A stretch of 64,000 bases of DNA from an uncultured Desulfobacter sp. (lineage in GTDB: Bacteria > Desulfobacterota > Desulfobacteria > Desulfobacterales > Desulfobacteraceae), in contig OY762069.1 of assembly GCA_963665095.1 (NCBI GenBank), positions 3,936,001 to 4,000,000 of the forward strand, read 5' to 3'. The notes under the pieces are model-generated. The model saw only the letters and a list, made by a program, of their open reading frames with translations, did no database searches and had not been told where the DNA came from. Positions 21,491-30,835 of this stretch are shown piece by piece; position 1 is the stretch's first letter; each line of letters opens with the position of its first letter. The translations under genes and the position numbers were made by a program.

Positions 21491-22474
21491 TTACTTTACG
21501 GCATTGAGCATTCTGTATAAAAGGGCCTGAACCCTGCGTTGGGCATAGAGGTCCATATTTCTCAACTCCGTTACCTTGTGCCTGAAGGCATCAATGTCTG
21601 GATGCTCATTGACCTGCATCCCCTTTTCCTTGAGCAGGGCAAGGCGGGCATTGTTTTTCATACGGTTGTCTTCACGCTGATAGTTTGCCGCCTGGGTCAT
21701 GGCGTTTGAAATCATGTCCCGGTCTTTTTCAGAAAGGCTGTTAAACCAGTTCAGGCTTGCCACATTGATGTGGGGGGAGTAAACATGACGGGTTAAAGTC
21801 ATATACTTTTGAATTTCATAGAATTTATACACTTCCATGACCCAGAGGGGATTTTCCTGGCCGTCAATGACGCCCTGCTCCAGTTCCGTATATATGGGCC
21901 AGGGCATGGGCGTAGGATTGGCGCCCAGGGTCTGCCAGATTGATTTGTGCAGGGCTGAGGACATGACCCTGATCTTAAGGCCCTTGATATCATCCGGGCT
22001 GTTGACAGGCCGCTTGTTGTTGGTCAGATTCCGGAATCCGTTTTCAGAAAAGCAGAGCCCCTTGAACCCCGATGTTTCAAGGCTTTTTAAAATTTCCCGG
22101 CCCAGGGGGCCGTCCAGGATCTCATCTGCCTGGGCATGGTCTTTGAACAGGAACGGATAATTGATTACGCGGACAATGGGGTCAAAGGTATCAAATGGAC
22201 CACCTGTGACAGAGCCCATCTGGATGGAGCCCATCTGGATCTGCTGGAGAATTTCAGTCTCATTTCCCACGGATGCAGAATGGTAAAGCTTTACCTGCCA
22301 GCTGTGGCCTGACTGGTTTTCTATCAAAGATTTAAACTTTTCAGCCACAATATATTGTGCAGAGCCGGGTTTGGTCACCACGGCAAACTTGATGGTTCCG
22401 GATGCCAGCGCGCCCTGAGTGCACCAGACCATCAGAACCGCCACTGCCAGAATTGTAATCCCCGTGTTTCTCAT
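21491..22474 (-). CDS. dctP: TRAP transporter substrate-binding protein
   Basis: Signal peptide, ENGFRN, GLKIRVM, DGQENP. Confidence 0.93.
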   Translation of the reverse strand: MRNTGITILAVAVLMVWCTQGALASGTIKFAVVTKPGSAQYIVAEKFKSLIENQSGHSWQVKLYHSASVGNETEILQQIQMGSIQMGSVTGGPFDTFDPIVRVINYPFLFKDHAQADEILDGPLGREILKSLETSGFKGLCFSENGFRNLTNNKRPVNSPDDIKGLKIRVMSSALHKSIWQTLGANPTPMPWPIYTELEQGVIDGQENPLWVMEVYKFYEIQKYMTLTRHVYSPHINVASLNWFNSLSEKDRDMISNAMTQAANYQREDNRMKNNARLALLKEKGMQVNEHPDIDAFRHKVTELRNMDLYAQRRVQALLYRMLNAVK

Positions 22475-22794
22475 GCTGCCCTCCCTATAATCCATTGTGA
22501 TTTAAAGCTGTTTTATTAAAAAGCGTTAACATTTCACCGAATTCTTCTACGTCTTGAAGCAGCCGCACCACTGTCGAAAAGACCAGTGGCGGTCCGTGAC
22601 CGTTTTATTGAAAACACAGCATGAAGTCAAGGTTTTCACATCTGCTCACAGCACCTGGTTGCATGGCTTATGTATAAATTACATTATAGTTAAAGAAGAG
22701 AGTTCCTTTAGCTTTTACTGTTCTTTTCCCGGCACCTATGGTAAAAAATCGTCGGTTTCTTTTAATTCACGGTAACATAAAAAGGACGAAAAAA

Positions 22795-23154
22795 ATGAAC
22801 AGAAAAGCACTGATGATCAGCTTATCCGTTTTCATTACCGTTGCAGGACTCTGTTTTATCCCTGCATCCCAGGTTACAGCTCAGAATGCCGGGCGCCCTG
22901 AATTAACCCTGGCCGGCGGGAAAAAAGGCCCTGTCCCGTTTAACCATGCCCTCCACCAGCGTGTGACGGGCGACTGCGCTGTCTGCCATAAAGATTTCAG
23001 CAAAGAACCAGGGGCCCTGGAAAAGGCCAAGGCAGCCGGCAAGCTTAAAGCCAGACAGGTTATGAACAAAACCTGTATTGACTGCCACAGAACAAAACAG
23101 AAAGCCGGTGAAAAATCAGGCCCTGTCGGTTGCAATGCCTGTCACTCAGGATAG
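22795..23154 (+). CDS. Periplasmic triheme cytochrome c (c7/c3 family)
   Basis: Signal peptide, VPFNHALH, three CxxCH motifs (CAVCH, CIDCH, CNACH). Confidence 0.9.
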   Translation: MNRKALMISLSVFITVAGLCFIPASQVTAQNAGRPELTLAGGKKGPVPFNHALHQRVTGDCAVCHKDFSKEPGALEKAKAAGKLKARQVMNKTCIDCHRTKQKAGEKSGPVGCNACHSG

Positions 23155-23213
23155 ATTTTCTGGCAGTCAGCAGTGTAATCTTGAAAGAATTAATTTTAGT
23201 GGAGACGTTTCAG

Positions 23214-23786
23214 ATGAAAAAATTTTCAATAATAGGGCTGACCGTTTTTTTTGCCCTGTTCTTTGCCTCGCTGGCAATTGCTGACACATACGTCAATGCC
23301 ATTGACCAGTTTAAAAAGTCTGAACAGGTTCGGCCCTTTTTCAATAATTGCTATGGGTATGCCGTCTTTCCCACAGTGGGCAAGGGCGCTATTGTTGTGG
23401 GCGCCGCTTTTGGTAAAGGCCGTGTATATCAGGCCGGGCAGATCACCGGCATAGCCACCATCAGCAAGATTTCTGTGGGGTTCCAGCTGGGAGGACAGGC
23501 CTTTTCTGAAATTATCTTTTTTCAGGATAAAAGGGCGTATGATGAATTTACCAGAGGATCATTTGAATTTGACGCCACCGTGTCTGCGGTGGTAGTGACC
23601 GCAGGAGCCCAGGCCAAGGCCGGAAGCCAGGGGGGGACGGCCGGGGCCAGTGCCGGTCCGGCTACGGATGTCCAGGCTGAAACCAACTATTTTAAAGGTA
23701 TGGCTGTTTTTATTAAAGCCAAAGGTGGCTTGATGTATGAGGCTGCTATTGGCGGACAGGTATTCGATTTCACCCCAGTTAAATAG
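23214..23786 (+). CDS. Exported Ysc84/SYLF lipid-binding domain protein
   Basis: GYAVFPTVGKG, SVGFQLGGQ, KGGLMYEAAIGGQ. Confidence 0.85.
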   Translation: MKKFSIIGLTVFFALFFASLAIADTYVNAIDQFKKSEQVRPFFNNCYGYAVFPTVGKGAIVVGAAFGKGRVYQAGQITGIATISKISVGFQLGGQAFSEIIFFQDKRAYDEFTRGSFEFDATVSAVVVTAGAQAKAGSQGGTAGASAGPATDVQAETNYFKGMAVFIKAKGGLMYEAAIGGQVFDFTPVK

Positions 23787-23859
23787 TGTTTGGGCAAAGA
23801 GTCACCCACCTGCGGCGTTGCGGGGAAATTTGCATCTGGGCAACTCTTCACCCAAACAC
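23786..23859. repeat. REP/MITE-like palindromic unit
   Basis: 23-nt arms gtgtttgggcaaagagtcaccca / tgggcaactcttcacccaaacac (19/23 Watson-Crick pairs). Confidence 0.6.
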
Positions 23860-23877
23860 CCCTTTGGGGGGCAGATA

Positions 23878-23927
23878 TTTAATTTAAAAACCATTCAAAA
23901 AACTTTTTGAATGGTTTTTAAATTAAA
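23878..23927. repeat. Perfect 24-bp AT-rich inverted repeat with 2-nt spacer
   Basis: tttaatttaaaaaccattcaaaaa-ac-tttttgaatggtttttaaattaaa. Confidence 0.9.
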
Positions 23928-23928
23928 C

Positions 23929-23983
23929 ACAGGCGGGTCATAAGATATCGAGGATATCATTTGATCCGCCTGTTTTGTTTTTG
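23929..23983 (+). terminator. Intrinsic terminator
   Basis: acaggcgggtca...tgatccgcctgt stem followed by a T-rich tract. Confidence 0.65.
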
Positions 23984-24006
23984 TCGGTCTTTTAAAGGGG
24001 TGAGTG

Positions 24007-24729
24007 TTATTCTCCGAGGTAGGCCTCTCTGATTTTTGGGTTTTCCAGAAGTGCGGAGGCCTTGTCTTCCAGGGTCACTTCCCCTGTCTCCATGACGTAT
24101 CCGCGGGACGCTGTCTGCAGTGCCAGGTTGGCGTTCTGCTCAACAACCAGGATGGTGGTTCCCTCTTTTTTGTTAATATCTTTAATGATGTCAAAAATCT
24201 GCTGGATAATGATGGGGGCAAGCCCGAGAGAGGGTTCGTCAAGGAGCAGCACTTTGGGTTTGGTCATAAGTGCTCTGGCAATGGCCAGCATCTGCTGCTC
24301 ACCGCCGGACAGGGTGCCGCCCTGCTGCCTGCGCCGTTCCCCAAGCCTTGGGAACAGGTCATAACCATGCTGGATATCTTTGGCGATCTGTTCTTTGTCA
24401 TTTCTGTGAAAGGCGCCAAGAATCAGATTTTCCTCCACTGTGAGCCTGGGAAAAATTCTTCTGCCTTCGGGCACCTGGCAAAGCCCCATGGTGGGCAGCT
24501 TTTCCGGATTCATTTTGTTGATCATTTTGCCGTCGTACCAGACTTCTCCGGCAGTGGCGTTGACAATCCCGCAAATGGTCATCAAGGTTGTGGATTTGCC
24601 CGCGCCATTGGCGCCGATCATGGCCACAATCTCACCGGGCATGACTTTTATGGACACCCCTTTAAGGGCCTTGATGGACCCGTATCCGGAGTGGACGTTT
24701 TTCATTTCAAGTATTGGCTGATCACTCAT
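24007..24729 (-). CDS. livF: Branched-chain amino acid ABC ATPase
   Basis: GANGAGKST, VPEGRRIF, LSGGEQQML, DEPSLGLAP. Confidence 0.95.
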   Translation of the reverse strand: MSDQPILEMKNVHSGYGSIKALKGVSIKVMPGEIVAMIGANGAGKSTTLMTICGIVNATAGEVWYDGKMINKMNPEKLPTMGLCQVPEGRRIFPRLTVEENLILGAFHRNDKEQIAKDIQHGYDLFPRLGERRRQQGGTLSGGEQQMLAIARALMTKPKVLLLDEPSLGLAPIIIQQIFDIIKDINKKEGTTILVVEQNANLALQTASRGYVMETGEVTLEDKASALLENPKIREAYLGE

Positions 24730-24733
24730 GGAC

Positions 24734-25960
24734 CTACCCCTCCTTTTCTTCAGAGCGCTGGCCCATGCGCTTGGCAGGAATCAAGCCGGCCGGGCGGAAC
24801 AGCATCATCAGGATCATGGTCAAACCGAAAACCAGCATACGGTAGGATTCAAACTGGCGGAAAGCCTCAGGCAGGGCAATCAGGGCAATAACACCCAGGA
24901 TAACACCCGGAATCGAACCCATGCCGCCCAGAACCACCATACACAGCACCATGGCAGACTCTAGGAAGGTAAAGCTTTCAGGCGATACAAATTTCATTCG
25001 TGCGGCAAAAAAAGCACCCGCCAGGCCAGCCAGAAAGGCACCCATGCCGTAGGCCATGAGCTTGTAAATAAAGGTATTTACACCCATGAGTTCAGCAGCA
25101 GTCTCATCCTCACGGATGGATTCCCAGGCCCGGCCCACCCGGGAAAAGTTCAGGCGGTGGACCACAATGATCACCACAATGGCCAGACCTAAGGCAAAAT
25201 AGTAAAACATCTGCAGTTTTTTCACCCAGATGGTTTCAAAACTGACGCCCCCTTCGAAAAGGAAACGGAACCACCCGATACGGTCAAGCCCGAGAATACC
25301 ATTGGGGCCGTTGGTCAGATCCATCCAGTTGTTGAGAATCAGACGGATGATCTCTCCAAACCCCAGGGTAACAATGGCCAGGTAATCCCCGCGCATCCGC
25401 AAGGTGGGATACCCGACAATACAGCCGGCAATGGCCGCAAAAACGGCAGCAAAGGGCAGGCAGACCCAGAAGGCCATGCCATAGGTGGTATTTAAGAGGG
25501 CATAAGTATAGGCACCTACACCATAGAATGCGATATACCCAAGGTCCAGCATGCCGGCAAGGCCCACCACAATATTCAGGCCAAGGCCAAGGCAGATATA
25601 AAACAATACACTGATGGCCACATCCGTACCATACCGTCCGGCAAACTGGGGATAGGCCAGCGCAAAGATAAAAAGCGCTGCCATCCAGATCCAGGCTGGC
25701 ATGGCTGCAGCACCGCTTTTTGCCCCCTGAACCGCCTTTGAAACAGGTCCTGTTATAAATGACGCTGTCCCGCTGGCATGCAGCACATACCCTGCCAGGA
25801 TGACAAGGGACCCGGCTGCAATATACCCCCACACCGTAAATGTCTGTCCAAAGGAAAGCGTACCGTCCGGATGAATTCCGAGCATGGGCCACAGCAGCCC
25901 CAGCAGCCACAGCATGCCCATGGCATAGGGCTTTATTACTTTTTTAAACTCTTGTATCAT
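24734..25960 (-). CDS. livM: Branched-chain amino acid ABC permease
   Basis: LDLGYIAF, LRMRGDYLAIVTLGFGEI, IREDE. Confidence 0.93.
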   Translation of the reverse strand: MIQEFKKVIKPYAMGMLWLLGLLWPMLGIHPDGTLSFGQTFTVWGYIAAGSLVILAGYVLHASGTASFITGPVSKAVQGAKSGAAAMPAWIWMAALFIFALAYPQFAGRYGTDVAISVLFYICLGLGLNIVVGLAGMLDLGYIAFYGVGAYTYALLNTTYGMAFWVCLPFAAVFAAIAGCIVGYPTLRMRGDYLAIVTLGFGEIIRLILNNWMDLTNGPNGILGLDRIGWFRFLFEGGVSFETIWVKKLQMFYYFALGLAIVVIIVVHRLNFSRVGRAWESIREDETAAELMGVNTFIYKLMAYGMGAFLAGLAGAFFAARMKFVSPESFTFLESAMVLCMVVLGGMGSIPGVILGVIALIALPEAFRQFESYRMLVFGLTMILMMLFRPAGLIPAKRMGQRSEEKEG

Positions 25961-26855
25961 CGATATTCTCGCCCATAATTCCAGTAGGTTTAAAATAAAG
26001 CACCCCGATCAGGATGATAAAGGCATACACATCTTTGTATTCACCGGAAAGGTATCCGGCCCCGAAGATCTCCACCATGCCGATGATAAGCCCCCCGATC
26101 ATGGCGCCGGTAATATTGCCGATTCCGCCGAGAACCGCTGCGGAAAATGCCTTGATACCAGGGACAAAGCCCATGTCATACTTGACAGAGCCGTAATACA
26201 GGCCGTACATGATGCCGGCGGCTGCCGCCAGGCCCGCACCAATGGCAAAGGTCAGCGAGATAATCCTGTTGGAACCGATGGCCACCAGAGCCGACATGGT
26301 CTTGTCCTGGGCTGTGGCCCGCATGGCCATACCGATCTTGGTTTTGAAAACCAGCAGGTTCAGAGCAATAAGCAGACCGGCTGTCAGAGAGACAATGGTG
26401 ATCTGAAGGTAGGAAACGGTCACGGCCCCGAAATTGAATCCGCCCTGGAACAGTTCGGACGGATAGACCGCATCGTACACCCCCCGGGTGAGCATCATGC
26501 CGTTGGACAGAAAAATGGACATGCCCAGGGCAGAAAGCAGAACAGAGAGGCGTGAGGCTTTTCTCAAAGGTTTATAGGCGATCTTTTCCACGCCAATGGC
26601 AAGATAGGCGGTATAGCCCATGGACACGACAAAGGCAAAGGTCAGGCAAAGTATCGGATGGGTATCCATATATCCGGATCCCGCCAGAAACGCCAAGACA
26701 ATAGCCCCGATGTAGCCGCCGGCGGTAAAAAATTCACCATGGGCAAAGTTGATAAGCTGGATGACGCCATAGACCATGGTGTACCCCAGCGCAATCAATG
26801 CATACATTCCGCCAAGGGTCAACCCGTTAATCAGCTGCTGAATAAAGTATTCCAT
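25944..26855 (-). CDS. livH: Branched-chain amino acid ABC permease
   Basis: YALIALGYTMVYG, INFAHGE, AAVLGGIG. Confidence 0.94.
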   Translation of the reverse strand: MEYFIQQLINGLTLGGMYALIALGYTMVYGVIQLINFAHGEFFTAGGYIGAIVLAFLAGSGYMDTHPILCLTFAFVVSMGYTAYLAIGVEKIAYKPLRKASRLSVLLSALGMSIFLSNGMMLTRGVYDAVYPSELFQGGFNFGAVTVSYLQITIVSLTAGLLIALNLLVFKTKIGMAMRATAQDKTMSALVAIGSNRIISLTFAIGAGLAAAAGIMYGLYYGSVKYDMGFVPGIKAFSAAVLGGIGNITGAMIGGLIIGMVEIFGAGYLSGEYKDVYAFIILIGVLYFKPTGIMGENIDDTRV

Positions 26856-26968
26856 GCTTTAATTTTTTTCTTATGGCTTGTGTGTAAAAACTTAAGGTAC
26901 AGCCGGTGGAAAAGATCCGATCATCCTCACGACCGGCTGTACTTCAACCTTCAATAGATATTTAGCGT

Positions 26969-28105
26969 CTATTTAAGCAGGCCTTTTTCAGGATCCCAGT
27001 AGGGAACAAACTTGTCGCCCACAACCTTGAAGGCAATGTAAGAGGAACCGGAATCACCTTTCTGGTTGAATTTTACGCGTTTGGAAACACCCTGGTAGTC
27101 AAGCTTGAGCAGTTCTGCTTTTACTTTGGCAGGCTCTGTGGTGCCGGCTGCTTTAACTGCTTTCAGATATGCCATGGCAGAGTCATAGGCATAGGTGGCA
27201 TAGGCGGCAATCTTACCATATTTGGGCACATAGCGGTCTGCAAATGCTTTATATTCAGGGGTATTGGGGTCGGTGAAACCGTATGTCAGGAAGACACCGT
27301 CAGATGCTTCTTTGGCAACTTCCATGTATCTGGGCTGGAACACGGCATCCTGGGTGACGATCTGGGATTTCATACCCAGACGTTTGGCTTGCAGCGTCAT
27401 CATGGCAGCCGGAGAAAATCCCTGCAAAGACATGTAGAATACGTCTGCGTCAGCCTGTTTCGCCTTGGTCAGAATGGCGGAGAAGTCTTTATCACCCTGG
27501 TTCACATGCTCATGGGCCACAACGTCCATGCCCATCTCCTTGGCAGATTTTTCAACGCCGTCAGCCAGGCCCTGGGAATAGGTGGTTTTATCGTCAACAA
27601 TAAAAATGGTTTTTGCCTTGAGTTCTTCTTTGATGAATTTAGCAGCGGAAGGCGCCTGGTCATCGTCACGTCCGCACATACGGAACATATAGGGAAGTCC
27701 GCGGTCTGTTACTTTTTCGTTGGTGGAGGCAGGGGTGATCATAATGATCTCTTCCTCATCCAGGGTTTCAGAGGCAGGGATGGTGGAAGAGGAGCAGTAA
27801 GCACCGATAACGCCGGTCACTTCTTCGTTGATCAGCTTGTTGGCAGAAGCAACTGCCTGGCGGGGGTCACATGCGGTATCCTGGGGGAACAGCTGAATTT
27901 TGTCGTAACCCGGCATGCCGCCCTGTTCTTCAAAGACTTCAATGGCGGTGAGAACACCGTTTTTGATGTCTGTGCCGTCAGAGGCGTAGGGACCTGTCAA
28001 CGGGCTCATGGATCCGATTTTCAGGGTTTTTGCATACGCACCGCCCAAAAGAAACGGAACAAGTACCGCGCCCAACACTAATGCAGAAACAACTCTTTTT
28101 TTCAT
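26969..28105 (-). CDS. livK: Branched-chain amino acid ABC substrate-binding protein
   Basis: Signal peptide, SPLTG, GAYCSS, DKTTYSQGLA. Confidence 0.9.
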   Translation of the reverse strand: MKKRVVSALVLGAVLVPFLLGGAYAKTLKIGSMSPLTGPYASDGTDIKNGVLTAIEVFEEQGGMPGYDKIQLFPQDTACDPRQAVASANKLINEEVTGVIGAYCSSSTIPASETLDEEEIIMITPASTNEKVTDRGLPYMFRMCGRDDDQAPSAAKFIKEELKAKTIFIVDDKTTYSQGLADGVEKSAKEMGMDVVAHEHVNQGDKDFSAILTKAKQADADVFYMSLQGFSPAAMMTLQAKRLGMKSQIVTQDAVFQPRYMEVAKEASDGVFLTYGFTDPNTPEYKAFADRYVPKYGKIAAYATYAYDSAMAYLKAVKAAGTTEPAKVKAELLKLDYQGVSKRVKFNQKGDSGSSYIAFKVVGDKFVPYWDPEKGLLK

Positions 28106-28206
28106 TTTTCCCTCCTAGGATTTGTATGGAACCTTACACCTCAAAATTCCATATTTTGTTGTGGACGACCCTGGGCTAAAGTTCCCTGAGCTGCCCGTAA
28201 TTTTTA

Positions 28207-28974
28207 TCAGGTTTCAGCCGGCTGACCAAGATACGCCTCAATGACTTTAGGATCATTCTGAATCTCAGAAGGAGTGCCTTCGGCAATTTTCACACCATGG
28301 TCAACACAAACAATATGATCACACACACCCATGACCACCTTCATATCGTGCTCCACCAGCAGCACGTCAATGCCCAGATCCCTGATACGCGAAATATCAC
28401 GCATCAGGTCTGAGGATTCACTGGGGTTCATGCCGGCGGCGGGTTCGTCTAAAAGCAGGACCTGGGGTTCTGATGCAATGGCCCTGGCGATTTCAAGACG
28501 ACGCTGGAGGCCATAGGGCAGACTTGCGGCCACATCATCGGCGTACTTATCCACACCCATGAATTTAAGGGCTTCCAGGGCTTTTTCTTTTATCTTTGCT
28601 TCTTCCCGTTTCTGGGAAGGGGTTCGCAGAATGGAGCCCACAAGACCCTTGCCGGTTCTGCAGTGCCTGGCCACCATGGCATTTTCAACAGCAGTCATGG
28701 CTGAAAACAGGCGAATGTTCTGAAACGTTCTGGCAATCCCTTTTTCAAAAATGACGTAGGGGCGTCTCCCCTTGATACTCTTGCCGTTGAAGAGCACATC
28801 CCCTTCCGACGCCTGGTACACACCGGTAAGCACATTAAACACCGTTGTTTTCCCGGCACCATTGGGTCCGATGAGTCCGACAACACGGCCGTTGCCGATG
28901 GTAAAACTCAACTTGGATAACGCAAGGAGACCGCCAAACCGTACACTGATCTTTTTTAATTCTAATTGAGCCAT
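28207..28974 (-). CDS. livG: Branched-chain amino acid ABC ATPase
   Basis: GPNGAGKTT, ARTFQNIRLF, LPYG, DEPAAG. Confidence 0.95.
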   Translation of the reverse strand: MAQLELKKISVRFGGLLALSKLSFTIGNGRVVGLIGPNGAGKTTVFNVLTGVYQASEGDVLFNGKSIKGRRPYVIFEKGIARTFQNIRLFSAMTAVENAMVARHCRTGKGLVGSILRTPSQKREEAKIKEKALEALKFMGVDKYADDVAASLPYGLQRRLEIARAIASEPQVLLLDEPAAGMNPSESSDLMRDISRIRDLGIDVLLVEHDMKVVMGVCDHIVCVDHGVKIAEGTPSEIQNDPKVIEAYLGQPAET

Positions 28975-29297
28975 CGCAAATCCACTAAGTTTTAATTATA
29001 TGGAAGTAATTCAATAACATACTGGATTTCTTCCATGTTTTGTTTTAGACCGGCCCCGATATATGTCCGGGTCAGCCCATGGCTGTGATTATCTTAAAAA
29101 TATTTCTAAAATTGCATACCTGCCGAAGTTAGTTTTCTGTAGCCCATTGAATCCTGGTTTGTCAACATTTAACAACATTGGATCATCACCTATACATAAA
29201 TTCACAAGCATTTACAAAAAGCTTTACATTTTCATTGACATTGAATTGTGCTTCTGCCACACTGACAAAAAAACAATGGGATAATCTAAAAGCAAAA

Positions 29298-29936
29298 ATG
29301 AGACCACAACTCACGGAAAAACAAAAAAAGGTATTGGATTTTCTACGGACAGAAGCCGGCAGATCCGGTGAGAATCCCAGCCTGCGTCATATGGCCAAAA
29401 GCCTTGACATCAGCCATGCGGCTGTGGCCCAGACATTAAAACTACTTGAATCCAAAGGATATATCCGCAGGCAGGGCCGATACAGCCGGACCATCGACAT
29501 TCTGGATGATACAGAAGGTATTGAGACAGACAGCCGGCAAAAGATCATCCCCATTGTGGGCCGGATCACGGCCGGACTGCCCATCTATGCCAGCCAGGAG
29601 TGGGATGGCAGTCTGGTGGTGGACAGCGCCCTATATCCCGGAGATAATCTGTTTGCCTTAAGGGTCCTTGGCCAGTCCATGAGAGATGCCGGCATTCTGG
29701 ACCGGGACATCGCCATCTGCAGGCCCCGGCAGTATGCCTGTGACAGGGAGATTGTGGTGGCCCTGATCAACGGAGAGGAAGCCACTGTCAAGCGGTTCTT
29801 CCTGCATGCCGACCACATTGAACTGCGCCCTGAAAATCCCGATTTCACGTCCCAGACCTATGGATTTGACGATGTTTTGATCCAGGGCAGGGTCATTGGT
29901 ATCATCCGGCCGGCAGACGCCATGATTGCGGAGTGA
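29298..29936 (+). CDS. lexA: LexA repressor
   Basis: wHTH; Ala-Gly cleavage site (ITAGLP), Ser (GQSM), Lys (ATVKRF). Confidence 0.93.
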   Translation: MRPQLTEKQKKVLDFLRTEAGRSGENPSLRHMAKSLDISHAAVAQTLKLLESKGYIRRQGRYSRTIDILDDTEGIETDSRQKIIPIVGRITAGLPIYASQEWDGSLVVDSALYPGDNLFALRVLGQSMRDAGILDRDIAICRPRQYACDREIVVALINGEEATVKRFFLHADHIELRPENPDFTSQTYGFDDVLIQGRVIGIIRPADAMIAE

Positions 29937-30732
29937 TCCTGTGGAAGCACTGTATGCAGGTACCAGCGGCTACTCCTATGCCGAATGGGTGGATGCCGGT
30001 ATTTATCCGGCCGGAACCCATGCCGCCAGCATGCTGCCGGCCTATGCAGGCCTTTTCAGAACCACGGAACTGAACTACACCTGGTATCAGATGCCCAAAG
30101 CCCGGTCCCTGGAACGAATGGTTGACCTGGTACCGGCCGGGTTCAAGTTCAGTGTCAAACTCACCCGAACCATGACCCATGAGGTGGACAAAGCCGGATG
30201 GATACGTGAGGTGCTTTTGTTCCGCCAGGGTATTGCCCCCCTGGAGACCCATGGCTGCCTGTTGTGCATTCTGGTTCAGCTGCCCCCCTATTTCACCCGC
30301 ACGCCGGACCGGCGCATCTATCTGGCAGCCCTCCTGGACGAACTGGCAGGGCTGCCTGTGGCCGTGGAGTTCCGCCATCCCTCCTGGGTCCATGACAAGG
30401 TTTTCTATGATTTCCAGCGGCGTAAAATCACCCTGGTAACCGTGGATGGCCCGGACCTGCCGTATCTGTTTCCCCGGCTGGATATTGTGACAAATCCGCT
30501 GCTTTTCTATCTGCGCCTGCATGGCCGGAACAGCCAGGGCTGGCGGTCCGGCAACATGCAGAAGCAGTTTGACTACAGCTACAGTGAAACAGAACTGAAA
30601 GCCCTGGCGGAAACCATTCAAAAAAACATGATACCGGCGGCAGACACAGGGGCTCTCTTTTTCAACAACCATGTCCGGGGCCAGGCCCCTAAAAATTGTT
30701 TAAGACTGATTGATATTCTTGCAGCCCGGTAA
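29926..30732 (+). CDS. DUF72 (YecE-like) TIM-barrel protein
   Basis: GTSGYSY, ELNYTWY, FSVK, QLPP, EFRHPSW, YLRLHGRN, FFNNH; overlaps the lexA end by 11 bp. Confidence 0.9.
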   Translation: MRSDPVEALYAGTSGYSYAEWVDAGIYPAGTHAASMLPAYAGLFRTTELNYTWYQMPKARSLERMVDLVPAGFKFSVKLTRTMTHEVDKAGWIREVLLFRQGIAPLETHGCLLCILVQLPPYFTRTPDRRIYLAALLDELAGLPVAVEFRHPSWVHDKVFYDFQRRKITLVTVDGPDLPYLFPRLDIVTNPLLFYLRLHGRNSQGWRSGNMQKQFDYSYSETELKALAETIQKNMIPAADTGALFFNNHVRGQAPKNCLRLIDILAAR

Positions 30733-30835
30733 CAGCCCCCGGCACCGGAGCGTGGAATTTTCGGCAGTGGCCCAGACGGAGATCTCGATCGGTGGTGGCG
30801 AGGTGCTATTGTTTTACGTAAGGTCTTAAAATATC

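Noticed and set aside
22555..22605. Hairpin with a GAAAA loop upstream of the cytochrome as a c-di-GMP riboswitch
   Set aside because: Lacks the GGCAAA / ACGCAAA / second-stem pattern
30733..30835. Spacer between DUF72 and imuB as an imuA remnant
   Set aside because: Only about 100 bp, with no recognisable RecA/SulA-like translation
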